Assembly: GCA_054600435.1 (NCBI GenBank) | Contig: BAAIJX010000016.1 | Location: 62,001-126,000 of the forward strand | Length of the DNA: 64,000 bases | Reading direction: 5' to 3' | Source: Neophaeotheca triangularis | Lineage: Eukaryota | Part shown: one piece after another, positions 62,301 to 64,000 of the stretch | How the letters are laid out: the number at the start of each line of letters is the position of its first letter | Position numbering within the stretch: the stretch's first letter is position 1 | The notes under the pieces: generated by a model | Database searches by the model: none | What the model saw: only the letters and a program-made list of their open reading frames with translations | What the model was told of the DNA's origin: nothing | Program-made: the position numbers and the translations under genes

Positions 62301-62507
62301 TCCGGAGCATTCCAGCCTATTTTGCTTGCATGTCTCGCACGCCGGTCGCTCGCCCGAGCAAGCAGTCTTCCTCTTTCGACATGTCAAGCATGCGGCGCCA
62401 ATTCTCCGCCTCTTCGGGTGTGGCGCATTCTGTGTGATAAAGCGCAGCTTCTTGGGCTGCGATCCCCCCTGTTGCGCATTCTCGTGCGCTTCACCGTTTC
62501 CGCTCAT
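59383..62507 (-). CDS. Zn(II)2Cys6 transcription factor with fungal-specific TF domain; exons 62507-60044, 59990-59383
   Basis: ACLTCRKRKTACSGERPACETCKQNRLEC; LWMYLGIAIRLVEDLGLH, TFWAVFFLDR; intron 59991-60043 gives 1023 aa with an acidic/Met-rich tail. Confidence 0.95.
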
Positions 62508-63609
62508 GGTGTTGATATCGTTTGGGCCCTATGTGGCGTGGATCATGCGACACAGAGTGCCTTTGACTCGAATAGTGCAAAGACACGCAGGGTCATTCTC
62601 GACGGCGGTCTCGGCGGACCGCGTGGCGTCTCGAGCAATCGACATCCAGGTATTAGGGCTGGGAGGACAAGCGACGGCAAGATGAGGAGGCGCGGAGAAG
62701 GGGTGGGCAGCAAGCAAGTACTCAGGTATGTAACAAGCAAGCAGGCAAGAGGCTCAGCGCGAGCGGGGATTGTGCCAGAGATGAGGTTCAGGTACAGGCT
62801 CAGGGTGCAGTACTAAGTGCAAGGACGTTGGTTCTCGGATGTACAAGGACTAGGTAAGTAGCAGCAGGTGAGTTTGGTAAGGTGTAGAGGGTATGTACGA
62901 TGAGAAGTCTTCCAGGCCCATCTCCAGCTTTCCATACATGATTAACGTTACTAGTACCTGGGATATGATGGATCTCTCTGCAACGACCAAACGACCACTC
63001 GCGGATTGTTGGCCGACTTAGGTTCCCCACAATAACTGGCGAGTTAACCTGGGCATCTACAATACAGTACCAAAGTACGTACAGTGCTACACCGAGACAC
63101 CCGTGGTCCCGTGCCCATGCCCAGGTGGCTTTCACCTGCATAACAGAAACAAACTCCCTCGCCATGCCTTTCTGAACTCCTAGCGCCACTGTCCTGCGTA
63201 TACATAGGAAGCTCTGCCAAGTCCCACCACTTCAGGCTCACCATTTGACTCTTGACCCTTGACCTTTAACCCTTTCTCCGCTCGAATAGGGTGGCACCGG
63301 CAGTGCGGTCAAGACTCCACCCCATCCGCGCGAGGCACGTGCAATGACAATAATAAGAATCGACGAGCGGCCACGGGGTCCACGGCTCACGACCTCGTCT
63401 CGAGAGACTCTCTGATCGGATGCTTCGGCGGCTTCGGCTGTCCCGGCCCTAAGCTGGACATGGCCGGCCGTGGAGCGCCGAGCCCTCTGTCAATGACTAT
63501 CTTTACCGCTACACATCTCTGCATAACCGACCACTATTGAAGACACATCACCCAAGCAACTGTATTCCGAGTTTGTCCCACCACTCGACGAAGGTAGAGA
63601 GAGACAGCC

Positions 63610-64000
63610 ATGGAGCCTTCGGTCACCCGATGCTTAGCCGCAGCGGCCTCTTCATTGAGTGCACGCCGCCTAGCCCTTCGCCATCAACCCGCCGCGCTAC
63701 GCTGCATCCATACCACCGTTCCTACTTCAGCCACCCCAGTGTCGCATCCCACTGTCGCCGGACCACCTCCCCAACCACCAAAGGTCGCCGCTACACAACC
63801 TGAGGATCGACGAGCAAGGAAGCGAGAGCAAGCCGAGGCCCTCATCCAAAATCAAAGGACCAAAACGAACCCGGCAAAACCGAGCACTGCATTGCAGAAG
63901 CGCTTTTGGAAAAGTGTCAGCGTGCAAGAGGTAGAGGATGGTCTACAAGTGCATCTTGACTCCCGACCAGTACGGACGGCGGACCGAAAGATTCTCATTC
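63610..64000 (+). CDS. ATP12: Mitochondrial F1-ATPase assembly factor Atp12, 5' part (runs off the window)
   Basis: Presequence MEPSVTRCLAAA...RCIHTT followed by LQKRFWKSVSV...VHLDSRPVRT. Confidence 0.9.
   Translation, partial: MEPSVTRCLAAAASSLSARRLALRHQPAALRCIHTTVPTSATPVSHPTVAGPPPQPPKVAATQPEDRRARKREQAEALIQNQRTKTNPAKPSTALQKRFWKSVSVQEVEDGLQVHLDSRPVRTADRKILI

Overview
Gene-dense, intron-containing chromosomal DNA of a filamentous ascomycete (probably Dothideomycetes; inferred from protein sequences and intron style). I rebuilt about 27 protein-coding genes by hand from GT..CTRAC..AG splice signals. Housekeeping genes: VMA4, CHS5, NUP53, RPL24, UBC13, FUM1, SMC5, POP1, cryptochrome-DASH, SNC1, LEU2, MIR1 and a partial ATP12. 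Others: NIPA-like and CorA-like transporters, a DEMETER-like HhH-GPD glycosylase, a divergent WDR59/MTC5, a fasciclin protein, an S10 peptidase, an SRA-domain protein, an MFS permease, and a Zn2Cys6 factor in tandem with a DUF1989 gene. No tRNA, rRNA, CRISPR or intact transposon was seen. Best leads: (1) the Zn2Cys6/DUF1989 pair, where skipping the factor's last exon gives an exact in-frame fusion, a CCG-N9-CGG palindrome sits beside the DUF1989 TATA box, and the leader has two competing 5' splice sites, uORFs and a donor-sequestering hairpin; (2) a collapsed head-to-head GH5/sugar-transporter pseudogene pair; (3) an S10 peptidase lacking both carboxylate-binding glutamates; (4) a three-exon 63-aa lipidated microprotein missed by the ORF track. 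Family assignments are from recalled motifs, not database searches.
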